From Gammaproteobacteria bacterium (GTDB lineage: Bacteria; Pseudomonadota; Gammaproteobacteria; JAJDYQ01), in contig JBFFRZ010000001.1 of the NCBI GenBank assembly GCA_041572715.1, forward strand, positions 1 to 27,509: a stretch of DNA of 27,509 nucleotides, read 5' to 3'. The notes below the pieces were generated by a model, which saw only the letters and a list, made by a program, of their open reading frames with translations, searched no databases and was not told the DNA's origin. Position numbers and translations under genes: made by a program. Shown here in pieces: positions 1 to 8,827 of the stretch (the stretch's first letter is position 1; every line of letters begins with the position of its first letter).

Positions 1-1
1 C

Positions 2-463
2 ATGGTAACCATGGTAATTGGCCTTCTTAATCCAGCCACGGGGGAGTTAAGGCTGGCATCGGCCGGACATCCCCCATCAATACTGATTGAACAAAATCAT
101 GACATAACGGAACTGGATCAGTCCGGTATTCCCATCGGTATAGATACCCACACCGAATACCGGGAAAGCTGCCTGAGACTCAATCCCGACACAACGTTAT
201 TATTGTATTCTGATGGCCTGACCGAATGTGTAAATTCACAGGGCGAACATTTCGGAAGGGAGGCTTTGATTGGAGCGGTTAACTATGCAAGCGCTAGGCG
301 TGAAACCGATCTGCTTTCGCACATAGAATTGGAAGTCGACAACTGGCGCGGGCATACTGCCTTGAGAGATGACCTGTCCATGCTGGCAATCACATATACG
401 GGCCAGTACTCCGTTCAACACCAGGACACCCACACATTCGCGTCATCGGGTAAATACCAATGA
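2..463 (+). CDS. SpoIIE/RsbU-family PP2C serine phosphatase, C-terminal part (5' end probably outside the window)
   Basis: Motifs ASAGHPP, LLLYSDGLTE and RDDLSMLAI typical of the SpoIIE domain; the frame is open from the window edge; ATGA overlap with the next gene. Confidence 0.92.
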   Translation: MVTMVIGLLNPATGELRLASAGHPPSILIEQNHDITELDQSGIPIGIDTHTEYRESCLRLNPDTTLLLYSDGLTECVNSQGEHFGREALIGAVNYASARRETDLLSHIELEVDNWRGHTALRDDLSMLAITYTGQYSVQHQDTHTFASSGKYQ

Positions 464-858
464 ACACTGCCTATATGAAGCTTCGCAGCGATGCAGTGGA
501 AGTCACACGTGTACCCGCATGGCTGGATGATGCACTGGCCGGCTGTTCGATGGATGAAATGTCCAGGACTCGTCTGCGCTACGCGCTTATTGAAGTAGTT
601 AACAATTGTATTGAACACGCATATCAGTGCGATCCCTCGGGTGAAATTGTAATCACGTGCTCGGTTGAACATGAACGTATCAGCCTGAGGATTGAAGATC
701 ATGGACAACCATTGGATAAGCTTCCCAATGACGATGCCTTTGATCCGATGGATGAATCCGGCCGCGGGCTCAAAATAATTCGTGCCTGGGTGGATGAATT
801 CGCCATTGAACGTGAACAAGAAAAAAACATTACCCGCCTTGCCATGCATCTGAATTAA
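460..858 (+). CDS. RsbW/SpoIIAB-like anti-sigma factor serine kinase (HATPase_c_2)
   Basis: N-box EVVNNCIEHAY, IEDHG and ESGRGLKII boxes; lies between a PP2C gene and a STAS gene. Confidence 0.92.
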   Translation: MNTAYMKLRSDAVEVTRVPAWLDDALAGCSMDEMSRTRLRYALIEVVNNCIEHAYQCDPSGEIVITCSVEHERISLRIEDHGQPLDKLPNDDAFDPMDESGRGLKIIRAWVDEFAIEREQEKNITRLAMHLN

Positions 859-871
859 CAAAGGCAATCAG

Positions 872-929
872 CTCGCAAATTGCATAACAGTTTTTCAATT
901 TGCGAAAATCGCTTTTCCCATTTTGCAAA
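872..929 (+). promoter_or_regulatory. Three imperfect inverted-repeat boxes; probable enhancer for a sigma-54 activator
   Basis: CTCGCA-AAT-TGCATA (872), TTTTCA-ATT-TGCGAA (892) and TTCCCA-TTT-TGCAAA (915), 100-140 bp upstream of a sigma-54 site; the 20/23 bp spacing is repeated at 8627-8684. Confidence 0.7.
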
Positions 930-971
930 TCCCTGGCCAAGCCCAGCAAAAAAACGTTCCTCGATAATCCG

Positions 972-984
972 CATCCCTCTGATT
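972..984 (-). promoter_or_regulatory. Possible IHF site
   Basis: AATCAG-AGGG-ATG on the minus strand, one mismatch to WATCAR-N4-TTR, between enhancer and promoter; equivalent site at 8726-8738. Confidence 0.3.
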
Positions 985-1013
985 TTGCGGGCTTTTTAAT
1001 TATCTCAGAAAAC

Positions 1014-1029
1014 TGGCACAGCCCTTGCT
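1014..1029 (+). promoter_or_regulatory. Sigma-54 (RpoN) -24/-12 promoter
   Basis: TGGCAC-AGCCC-TTGCT matches TGGCAC-N5-TTGCW, 62 bp upstream of the STAS ATG. Confidence 0.88.
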
Positions 1030-1075
1030 CTAGTAGCTGTACAAGCAATACCAAACCGCCAATGGAGTAATTGAA

Positions 1076-1414
1076 ATGTCACTGCAACACACGACCGAAG
1101 ACAACGTAGAACTTGTCACTCTGCCAAGGCAGCTACTGATGGCTGACGCACCTCATGCCAGGAATGATCTGCTACGCATAGCAAACAAGCAGCATCCGAG
1201 GGTAGTCATGGACATGTCCCAGCTCGAATATATAGATTCGAGTGGCCTGGCCGTGCTGGTCAGCTGCCTGCAAAAAACCCGTCGCAATAGCGGTGAGCTA
1301 TGCCTGTTTGGCGTAAGCGATACCGTTCGCGTTCTGCTCGATCTAACCCGTCTTAACGATGTCTTGCCCATCGCTGAGAAGAAAGACGATGCCATCGAAA
1401 GGGTGCTCTCATGA
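1076..1414 (+). CDS. STAS-domain anti-sigma factor antagonist (SpoIIAA/RsbV/SypA-like)
   Basis: VVMDMSQLEYIDSSGLAVL with the conserved phospho-acceptor Ser (Ser56); GGAG Shine-Dalgarno upstream. Confidence 0.95.
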   Translation: MSLQHTTEDNVELVTLPRQLLMADAPHARNDLLRIANKQHPRVVMDMSQLEYIDSSGLAVLVSCLQKTRRNSGELCLFGVSDTVRVLLDLTRLNDVLPIAEKKDDAIERVLS

Positions 1415-2634
1415 ATACCATACCTCGCGAAAACAATACCGATGCTGGCAATAGCAAAAAGGCCGGGGCGCTGTCGCTGATGGTGTTCATCGACGCACTG
1501 GGCTGGGAAGTTCTCAGAGACAGAAAATTCATGCAAGAGGAATTACCGCATCGTCGCAAGTTGCGCTCGGTATTCGGTTTCTCTTCAGCCTGCGTGCCAT
1601 CAATCCTGACGGGAAAGACCCCGCGTGATCATGGCCACTGGTCCTATTTTTACTATTCACCTCAAAGCTCCCCTTTTGGCCTGTTGAAACTGCTTCGGCT
1701 ATTGCCCAAAAAGCTCACTGACCGTGGCCGTGTACGCCACTTGATCAGTCGCCTGCTGGGCAAGCTGTTTGGATTTACCGGGTATTTTCAGATCTATAAC
1801 CTGCCATTCAGCCACGCCGGTCTGTTTGACTATTGCGAAAAAAACGACATCTTCAAGCCCGGCGGCATGAATAAAGGTGACAACATCTTTGACGTGCTGG
1901 AAAACAATAATGTCAATTACCATGTTTCCGACTGGCGCAAATCGGAAGAGGAGAACCTGAAATCCTGCCATGACGCCATCACCGCGGCCGATGCGCGTTT
2001 TGCATTTCTCTACATGGCATCCATGGACAGCCTGTTACATCAAGTCGGCAAGCATAGCCCGAAAGTGGATACCAAGCTCGCCTGGTATGAACAACAGTTG
2101 CATGACCTGCTTGCCCATGCCCGCGAACACTATGATGAAGTTCGCCTGTTCGTCTGTTCGGACCACGGCATGGCGACCGTCGAACAGGATATTGACCTGA
2201 TGACCAGTATCGAGTCACTGCCACTGACATACGGCGAGGATTATGTCGCTGTTTACGATTCCACCATGGCTCGCTTCTGGTTTCATAATTACAGGGCCAG
2301 AAACCTGATTCGCGAGACTCTGTCTGCTCAGGAAGATGGCCGCATACTTGGTGATAAGGAACTGGCTCAACTCGGGTGTGATTTTGAAGGCAAACAGTTT
2401 GGTGAAATGATTTACCTGCTGGATCCAGGCAAGATCATCGTTCCCAGCCATATGGGGTTGAAAACCATCACTGGTATGCATGGCTATCACCCTGATCACC
2501 CGGATTCTGATGCGGCCCTGTTAGCCAACGTTGAAACAGAGCTGCCGGTTAACAGCCTAACCGACCTTTTTGACCTGATGAGCTATGAAGCAGGCGTAAT
2601 GACAGACATCAGTCTGGAAAAAGCATGCGCCTGA
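1411..2634 (+). CDS. Alkaline phosphatase superfamily protein (nucleotide pyrophosphatase/phosphodiesterase-like), no signal peptide
   Basis: Metal-ligand and nucleophile motifs FIDALG, GFSSACVPSILTG, MDSLLH, CSDHGM and GMHGY. Confidence 0.85.
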   Translation: MNTIPRENNTDAGNSKKAGALSLMVFIDALGWEVLRDRKFMQEELPHRRKLRSVFGFSSACVPSILTGKTPRDHGHWSYFYYSPQSSPFGLLKLLRLLPKKLTDRGRVRHLISRLLGKLFGFTGYFQIYNLPFSHAGLFDYCEKNDIFKPGGMNKGDNIFDVLENNNVNYHVSDWRKSEEENLKSCHDAITAADARFAFLYMASMDSLLHQVGKHSPKVDTKLAWYEQQLHDLLAHAREHYDEVRLFVCSDHGMATVEQDIDLMTSIESLPLTYGEDYVAVYDSTMARFWFHNYRARNLIRETLSAQEDGRILGDKELAQLGCDFEGKQFGEMIYLLDPGKIIVPSHMGLKTITGMHGYHPDHPDSDAALLANVETELPVNSLTDLFDLMSYEAGVMTDISLEKACA

Positions 2635-4163
2635 TCATTAACATCGCAAGCAGTTATTTCCGTTTCCTGGCCAGTATCGTGGTCGTGGTCATGCTGACCC
2701 CCTACATCCTGGAACAGATTGGAATAGACCGCTTCGGGCTCTGGTCATTATGTCTTGCTTCGGCTGGCGTGCTGGCGCTGCTGGATATGGGGTTGAGCAC
2801 AGCAACCGTGAAGTATGTCGCGGAACGCACGGGCAACGGTGACCATCGAGCTCGAAATGAAGCACTGTCCAGCCTGATGGTGGTTTATTCCGCACTCGGG
2901 ATTATCTGCGCGACAACGGTTTTCCTGGTCGCTGAACAGGTCGTTTCTTTGCTGGACCTTGCGGATCAGGACGCTAGCGATTACGTCTTCGCCATGCAGA
3001 TTATCGGCCTGTGCCTGGCATTTGCGCTGCCACTCACTTTATTTAAAACCATGCTGGTGGGTGCCGGGCGATTCGACATGGTTAATGTTGCCGAGATCAT
3101 TGGCGTCGTCCTCAACGCAGTCCTCATAATCCTAATGCTTGAACTGGGCCTGGATATATACGGATTGGCCATTGCCTATGCCAGCATACTGGTAGCAGTG
3201 CCACTGATGCTGGCGCCGATAGCCTTTCGCATACTGCCTGAACTGACGATTAAACCGGCGCTGCTGCGCTGGGAAAGACTGCGTGAATTATTACCCATGG
3301 CCTTTTACTTTCTGCTGGCCAACATCGCCATGTTGCTGATCCTGCGTAGCGATGTCCTTATTATCAAGTCCTTCCTGCCACTCACCGCGGTTGCCGCGTT
3401 TGCGATAGCCGCCCGTATTGGTGAATACGCCTATTTACTCAACAAGCAATTTTCCAATGCCATTATGCCACTGATTTCACAGTCTAACGGCAGCGGCGAC
3501 CGGCATACCGTCAGGGCCAGCCTGGTAGACGCAACCAGGATATTGGCCGGGATTGCCACTATGCTCATCGGGCTGGGAATTTTTCATGCAGAAACACTGG
3601 TGGTTATCTGGGTTGGAGAGGACCTGCTCGATGCGGCGCTGCCTTTACGTATCATCCTGCTGGCTGTCCTGTTCTCAACATTACACATGAACGCTTCCAA
3701 CGTGCTGGGCATGTCGGGCGGCCATCGCGGTGTCGCCGGGATCATGCTCGCTTCAGCCGCGGTGCATGTGCTGTTATCCCTCATGTTGATTCCGGAATTC
3801 GGCATCATCGGTGCCGCGCTGGCCATGCTGATTTCGGCAGTGCTGGTCGAGTTCGGATTGCTATTACCCCTTGCCTGCAAACAGCAGGGTGTAAGGCTCG
3901 GCGAAGTATTCACTGACCTTGTTCCTTGTTTCATTGCTGCCATTCCGATGTTACTGGTAGCCGATATACTCGGCCATCTTATGCCTGCCTCCAGCCTGTT
4001 GATACTGCTGGTGCAAAGCGCAGTTGCAGCGAGTGTATTCATCATAATCTTCATCACGATTGGCCTGACCCGTATGGAACGAAAATTTATCCATGACTTC
4101 GCTATGCGCGTCAAGTCTCGTAGCCAATCATTGCCACTGACAGAGGAGACTACTCATGCGTAG
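2625..4163 (+). CDS. Wzx-like oligosaccharide flippase
   Basis: About 12-14 hydrophobic segments; N-terminal [18 protein letters not shown] pattern; EPS gene context. Confidence 0.88.
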   Translation: MRLIINIASSYFRFLASIVVVVMLTPYILEQIGIDRFGLWSLCLASAGVLALLDMGLSTATVKYVAERTGNGDHRARNEALSSLMVVYSALGIICATTVFLVAEQVVSLLDLADQDASDYVFAMQIIGLCLAFALPLTLFKTMLVGAGRFDMVNVAEIIGVVLNAVLIILMLELGLDIYGLAIAYASILVAVPLMLAPIAFRILPELTIKPALLRWERLRELLPMAFYFLLANIAMLLILRSDVLIIKSFLPLTAVAAFAIAARIGEYAYLLNKQFSNAIMPLISQSNGSGDRHTVRASLVDATRILAGIATMLIGLGIFHAETLVVIWVGEDLLDAALPLRIILLAVLFSTLHMNASNVLGMSGGHRGVAGIMLASAAVHVLLSLMLIPEFGIIGAALAMLISAVLVEFGLLLPLACKQQGVRLGEVFTDLVPCFIAAIPMLLVADILGHLMPASSLLILLVQSAVAASVFIIIFITIGLTRMERKFIHDFAMRVKSRSQSLPLTEETTHA

Positions 4164-4821
4164 TTTAAGAAAGGCCTTGCGTCGGTATGCTTCCGCTCCA
4201 CGTATGTTCTACTGGCAAAAGCGCCTGGCAACACTGGGTAGTGAATGTGATTTACAACCCGGCTCGGTTTTTGAATATCCCGCTAACATTCATATTGGTC
4301 AGGCATGCCGTATTGCAAGACACGCTCTGCTGAGAGCCAATACCAGCAAGCATCCAGGCATCACATTGGGTAACCGTGTGTCACTGCTGGAAAACACACT
4401 GCTCAACGCCAATAACGGCAGCATATCTATCGATGACCGCAGCTGGCTGGGGCCATTCTCACTGATTTATGGCAATGGCGGAGTAAGTATTGGCAAGGAT
4501 GTCATGATTGCAAGCCACTGCGCGATCAATACCGTGTCTCACCATTCCGGTGACACCAGCAGACCCATGAGTGATCAAGATATTTATACGGCCCCTGTAA
4601 CTATTGAGGACGATGTATGGCTAGGGATCGGTTCTATCATCCTGCAGGGAGTGCGTGTCGGCAAAGGCAGCATCATCGGTGCCGGCGCAGTCGTTACCCA
4701 TGATATACCGCCCTGGTCCGTCGCCGTTGGAACACCGGCAAAAGTCATTCGCAAACGAGATTTCGAATCAGTCAACAACGTTACTGACCTGCAACCTCGG
4801 GCAGTTTCAGTACAGGCGTAA
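4156..4821 (+). CDS. Hexapeptide-repeat (LbH) O-acyltransferase
   Basis: [52 protein letters not shown] signature. Confidence 0.92.
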   Translation: MRSLRKALRRYASAPRMFYWQKRLATLGSECDLQPGSVFEYPANIHIGQACRIARHALLRANTSKHPGITLGNRVSLLENTLLNANNGSISIDDRSWLGPFSLIYGNGGVSIGKDVMIASHCAINTVSHHSGDTSRPMSDQDIYTAPVTIEDDVWLGIGSIILQGVRVGKGSIIGAGAVVTHDIPPWSVAVGTPAKVIRKRDFESVNNVTDLQPRAVSVQA

Positions 4822-4825
4822 CGAC

Positions 4826-6121
4826 ATGTCACCCACAATACAGACAGCGAATAATGAACCAGTGAATGACATGTATGACCAAAAACCTGACTCACTGCAT
4901 GTTATCCAGGTGCCAAGACGATTTGTTGCCAATGAGTGGGGCGGTACAGAAACCATGATTCTTGAATCGAGCCGTGCTTTGACCAGGTCAGGACACCGGT
5001 GTGAAATACATACAACCACTGCACTTTGCGATAACCCGCATGAAAACCTCAACGGTGTTGAAGTATTTCGCCATAACTATACCTATCCATTTTTTGGATT
5101 GAGTGATGACGCGCGGCTCGACATGGACAGGAAGGGAGGCAACATTCTTTCATTATCCATGCTGCGTAATCTATTAAAAACACCTGGTGTTGACGTGTTT
5201 CATGCGCATAGCGGCAAACGCCTGGGTGGCATTGTAAGAACCGCCGCACGACGCAGGGGTTTGCCTTATGTGATTACCCTGCATGGCGGCATGTTCAAGA
5301 TACCCGAGCAGGAGATGGAACAAATGCTTTCGCCTTTGCAGGGAACACTCGAATGGGGGCGCGTTTTTGGTGCCATGCTGGGGGCACGTCGCGTGCTCGA
5401 TGATGCAGATGCGATCATTTGTGTTGGCCAGGATGAACAACAGGCGGTTCAGTCGCGCTACCCGCACAAGCGTGTTGATTGGGTGCCGAACGGCGTAGAC
5501 GTCAGACGCTTCGAAAATGGTGACGGCAAAGGCTTTCGCGCTGCTCATAACATAGCGGAGCATGCGCCTGTACTGCTGTGTGTCAGTCGTATTGATTACC
5601 AGAAAAACCAGCTGCTACTGGTTGATGCACTGGCCAGGCTGATTGAGACACACAGGGACCTGCACCTGGTCATTATGGGTCCGGTTACTGTTGCATCCTA
5701 TGAGCAGAAACTGAAAGCAAGAATCGATGACCTTGGATTACACGATCACGTAACCATACTTGAGGGGCAACCCGCGGGTAGCCAGGAACTCGTCAATGCA
5801 TACCATGCAGCAGACGTATTCTGCCTGCCTTCGCTGCATGAGCCATTTGGCATCGTCATCCTGGAAGCCTGGGCAGCAGGCTTACCGGTAGTTGCCTCCG
5901 GTATAGGTGGTATCCCTTCATTTACAGAAAACGAAACCAATATCCTGCATGCAGATCCTTCTGATACGAACACATTCGTGACCGCTATCGATCGCCTGCT
6001 GGCCGACCACGAATACGCCAAAAGCCTGGCCGATAATGGCAAGACAAAAGCGGCGACAGATTACGACTGGTCGCAGGTAGCCAGCCGACTCGAATCCATT
6101 TACCTGGATGTCAGGAGATAG
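4826..6121 (+). CDS. Glycosyltransferase family 4
   Basis: WGGTE N-terminal motif, SRIDYQKN, and E-x7-E (HEPFGIVILEA); the start at 4826 avoids a long overlap with the upstream gene. Confidence 0.92.
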   Translation: MSPTIQTANNEPVNDMYDQKPDSLHVIQVPRRFVANEWGGTETMILESSRALTRSGHRCEIHTTTALCDNPHENLNGVEVFRHNYTYPFFGLSDDARLDMDRKGGNILSLSMLRNLLKTPGVDVFHAHSGKRLGGIVRTAARRRGLPYVITLHGGMFKIPEQEMEQMLSPLQGTLEWGRVFGAMLGARRVLDDADAIICVGQDEQQAVQSRYPHKRVDWVPNGVDVRRFENGDGKGFRAAHNIAEHAPVLLCVSRIDYQKNQLLLVDALARLIETHRDLHLVIMGPVTVASYEQKLKARIDDLGLHDHVTILEGQPAGSQELVNAYHAADVFCLPSLHEPFGIVILEAWAAGLPVVASGIGGIPSFTENETNILHADPSDTNTFVTAIDRLLADHEYAKSLADNGKTKAATDYDWSQVASRLESIYLDVRR

Positions 6122-6125
6122 TGCA

Positions 6126-7265
6126 ATGAGAATCCTGCATGTACATGAGAATGCGCACTTTCACGGTGGTGTTGAACAAATATTGTTTGATACGGCACGC
6201 GGTCTTTCTGCAAATGGCTGGGAGCAGGCACTGCTGTATCAGAACCGGGATAGTGATGACAATTTTAAACAGGCATTCGACATGACTGCATCGGATAGCT
6301 CGATTATCGACGAGTTTGATCCAGATGCGGTCCTGGTGCACAAGGTGTCGGATGCCGGGCTGATCAGCTCACTAACGAACAAAAAGCCGACTGCACAAAT
6401 GGTGCATGATCACGATATCGTTTGCCCGCGTTCACACAAATACTTTCCGATCAGCCACAAGGTATGCACAAAACCGGCAGGTCTTTCCTGTTATCAGCAC
6501 CTCTGCTGTATACAACGAAACAGGAGCGACTCACTTCTGCCGATCACGCTCAAGGGAACCGGCGATGTCAGAAAACAGATTAGCGCAGGTGAAGGCCTCA
6601 GACGCTACCTTGCCAACAGCCAGTTCATGAAGGATGAACTGGTAATGAATGGCATCGATGCCGAACGCATCAATGTCATACACCCGGTACCCTTTGCCCT
6701 GATCTCCCCCGCTTTTCAACCCGTCGAAGATAATCGCGAAATTCTCTATGTTGGCCAGGTGATCCGTGGCAAGGGCGTAGACCTGTTATTAAAGGCACTC
6801 GTGCATTTAACAGGTGACTGGCATACCACCATCGTCGGTGATGGCAACCACATGAATGAATGCAGGCAGCTTGCTGCCAGGCTGGGTATTGAATCCAGGG
6901 TTACATTCGCGGGTCGTGTACCACATGAAGAGCTGGAGAGCTTTTACCATGCCGCACGCGTTGTTGTCGTGCCATCTCGCTGGCCCGAGCCATTTGGCAT
7001 GGTTGGTATAGAAGCCATGGCAAGAGGCAGACCCGTCGTGGCTTTTGACAATGGTGGGATATCAGACTGGCTCAGGCATGAATCCACTGGCATGTTGGTT
7101 ACCAACGGAGACCTGCAATCAATGGCTATGGCAATTGGTGGCTTTCTCGATAACAGGAATATGGCCGAGCAGTTTGGTCGCAACGGTGTTGCAAGAGTCG
7201 AACAATTTTTTTCACACGCTTCTTACCTGGACAGGATGAAGCAGGAAATGGAAGGTATTTTATGA
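6126..7265 (+). CDS. Glycosyltransferase family 4
   Basis: MRILHV...GGVE, GQVIRGKG and PEPFGMVGIEA; AGGAG Shine-Dalgarno at 6113-6117 supports the 6126 start. Confidence 0.92.
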   Translation: MRILHVHENAHFHGGVEQILFDTARGLSANGWEQALLYQNRDSDDNFKQAFDMTASDSSIIDEFDPDAVLVHKVSDAGLISSLTNKKPTAQMVHDHDIVCPRSHKYFPISHKVCTKPAGLSCYQHLCCIQRNRSDSLLPITLKGTGDVRKQISAGEGLRRYLANSQFMKDELVMNGIDAERINVIHPVPFALISPAFQPVEDNREILYVGQVIRGKGVDLLLKALVHLTGDWHTTIVGDGNHMNECRQLAARLGIESRVTFAGRVPHEELESFYHAARVVVVPSRWPEPFGMVGIEAMARGRPVVAFDNGGISDWLRHESTGMLVTNGDLQSMAMAIGGFLDNRNMAEQFGRNGVARVEQFFSHASYLDRMKQEMEGIL

Positions 7266-8431
7266 AAGTAGGCATATCAGCATTTGCAGGTGATGGCGGA
7301 AAGTCCGGAATTAGCCAGTACATGAAACACATATTCAAGCGGTTGCCAGGGCTGTCTGAAGAGGACGAGTATGTTCTGTTCATGTCAAAGAGTGACCGGA
7401 ACTTCTTCGAGCTGGATCATCCGCGGGTGAAAATCGTTACGGTTGCCGACTGGGTGTCAAAACCGGTGATCAATATTCTCTGGCATGCTCTGATCCTGCC
7501 ACTGGCACTGGCGCGTCATCAATGCGATATCGTATTCATGCCAGCAGCCAACCGCAGACTCTCATGGTGGTACGGAATACCCAGTGTGGGAACGGTGCAT
7601 GATCTTTCCCAGTTGCACATACCCGGCAAATACGATGCCTTTCGGATGGTTTATGCAACCCGGCTGCTCCCGGCAATGATGCGCAAACTGACACATGTGA
7701 TTTCTGTAAGTCACTCTACGCGCAGGGACCTGACCAATCATGCACATGTCGATGATGCCTCCATTGAAGTCGTCTATAACGGCGCCGACCTTGATCGCTA
7801 TTCGCCCACTCTGCGCACAAAAGGCCAGAAACTGGCGCGTCAGAAATACGGGATCGAGGGACCATACATTCTATATACCGCAAGACTGGAACATCCCGGG
7901 AAAAACCATGTAGGCCTGTTGAAAGCCTTTGCCGATCTTAAGCAGAAAACGGGCATCCCGCATAAGCTGGTGTTGTCCGGAAGCCCATGGTATGGAGCGG
8001 ATACGATCTACGCAGCTGCCCATGAGTACGGGATCGAGGATTCCGTCTACTTCACCGGCTTTGTAGCCGATGAGGATCTGCCCCGACTTTATGCCGGTGC
8101 CGACCTGTTTGCCTTCCCGTCCCTATTCGAGGGATTTGGTATTCCGTTACTGGAGGCAATGGCCGCCGGCACGCCGGTTTGCGCTTCCCGCGTGGCCAGC
8201 ATGCCCGAGGTTGTGCGTGATGCAGGCTTATTGTTTGATCCGGAAAATACTGAGGCCATCGCTGACAGTCTGCAGATGCTGATTGAAGACCAGGCCTTGC
8301 GCAAACAGCTGGTACAAAAAGGCTTGCGCCAGGCAAAACTGTTCAGCTGGGATGATGCCGCCAGGCAGACACATGCCGTGTTAAACCTGGTAAACGCCGA
8401 AAATAGCCACGCAGTAGCCAACTGCAGATAG
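7262..8431 (+). CDS. Glycosyltransferase family 4 (mannosyltransferase-like subgroup)
   Basis: SGISQY, TVHDL, ARLEHPGKN and FPSLFEGFGIPLLEAMAAG; ATGA overlap with the upstream gene. Confidence 0.93.
   Translation: MKVGISAFAGDGGKSGISQYMKHIFKRLPGLSEEDEYVLFMSKSDRNFFELDHPRVKIVTVADWVSKPVINILWHALILPLALARHQCDIVFMPAANRRLSWWYGIPSVGTVHDLSQLHIPGKYDAFRMVYATRLLPAMMRKLTHVISVSHSTRRDLTNHAHVDDASIEVVYNGADLDRYSPTLRTKGQKLARQKYGIEGPYILYTARLEHPGKNHVGLLKAFADLKQKTGIPHKLVLSGSPWYGADTIYAAAHEYGIEDSVYFTGFVADEDLPRLYAGADLFAFPSLFEGFGIPLLEAMAAGTPVCASRVASMPEVVRDAGLLFDPENTEAIADSLQMLIEDQALRKQLVQKGLRQAKLFSWDDAARQTHAVLNLVNAENSHAVANCR
7922..8113 (+). repeat. Segment of the GT4 gene duplicated at 8855-9046
   Basis: 64 ungapped codons; 33 of 192 nt differ by manual count (~83% identity). 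Confidence 0.95.
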
Positions 8432-8445
8432 GTCAGGAGGCCGGT

Positions 8446-8602
8446 ATAGCTTCAGCCAGCAACACAGAAATTACAAGCACCATACTGACACATGGGTAGC
8501 CATCCTTTTCTATGCGTTATTGCTTGGCACGTTGAAACAGAAGATCAAGCTGATTATTGCGCGAACACGATTGAGCTGCGTTTCAAGAGTATCCTGACCA
8601 TG
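8446..8602 (+). pseudogene. Decayed 5' fragment of the downstream ExeA-like ATPase gene
   Basis: ATAGCTTCAGCCAGCAACACA vs ATGTCTTCAGCCATTAACACT (16/21). Both start 14 nt after a GT stop codon. Further collinear anchors: SHPF/SRPF, GTTATTGCTTGGCA/GTTATTACCCGGCA, EDQA/HEQA and FKSILTM/FQERNLGM. Confidence 0.7.
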
Positions 8603-8626
8603 CATCTGAATTTATAAGGCAATTAT

Positions 8627-8684
8627 TTCGCAAATTGCTTAATAGATTCTCAATTTGCAAAAAACGAAATTCTCAATTTGCAAA
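8627..8684 (+). promoter_or_regulatory. Three enhancer-like boxes
   Basis: TTCGCA-AAT-TGCTTA (8627) and TTCTCA-ATT-TGCAAA twice (8647, 8670); the 16-mer ATTCTCAATTTGCAAA is repeated exactly with a 23 bp period. Confidence 0.75.
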
Positions 8685-8767
8685 CCAGTTGGAAATCCCT
8701 GCCGATGTAACCCTAAATATTCCTGCATCTGATTGATTTTATGGGCTTTTTAATTACTTCGGAAAAC

Positions 8768-8783
8768 TGGCACAGCCCTTGCT
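8768..8783 (+). promoter_or_regulatory. Sigma-54 -24/-12 promoter (duplicate)
   Basis: TGGCAC-AGCCC-TTGCT, identical to 1014-1029. Confidence 0.85.
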
Positions 8784-8827
8784 CTGGTGTATATACAAGT
8801 AACACCAAACCACTGAGAGTAATTGAT

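Larger units (their letters stand above)
842..1104 (+). repeat. Copy 1 of a diverged direct repeat (kinase 3' end + intergenic region + first ~10 STAS codons); copy 2 at 8598-8856
   Basis: Collinear shared blocks CCATGCATCTGAATT, CGCAAATTGC, GGGCTTTTTAATTA, GAAAACTGGCACAGCCCTTGCTCT, TACAAG-AA-ACCAAACC, GAGTAATTGA-ATGTCA and GACCG-AGACAA. Confidence 0.95.

Noticed and set aside
938-998. AAGCCCAGCAAAA ... TTTTGCGGGCTTTTT inverted repeat followed by Ts, as a terminator
   Set aside because: The loop is ~30 nt with a bulged stem, and the left arm is not kept in the duplicate copy.
4655-4825. Longer starts in the ORF track (4655, 6108, 12164)
   Set aside because: They overlap upstream genes, lack family similarity, or lie upstream of a better Shine-Dalgarno-supported start.
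8524-8540. TTGGCACG, a perfect sigma-54 -24 element
   Set aside because: No GC at -12 (reads CA), and it lies inside the ATPase relic.
8741-8827. Upstream extension of the 120 aa ORF in the track
   Set aside because: It runs through the promoter; homology to the STAS start places the ATG at 8828.
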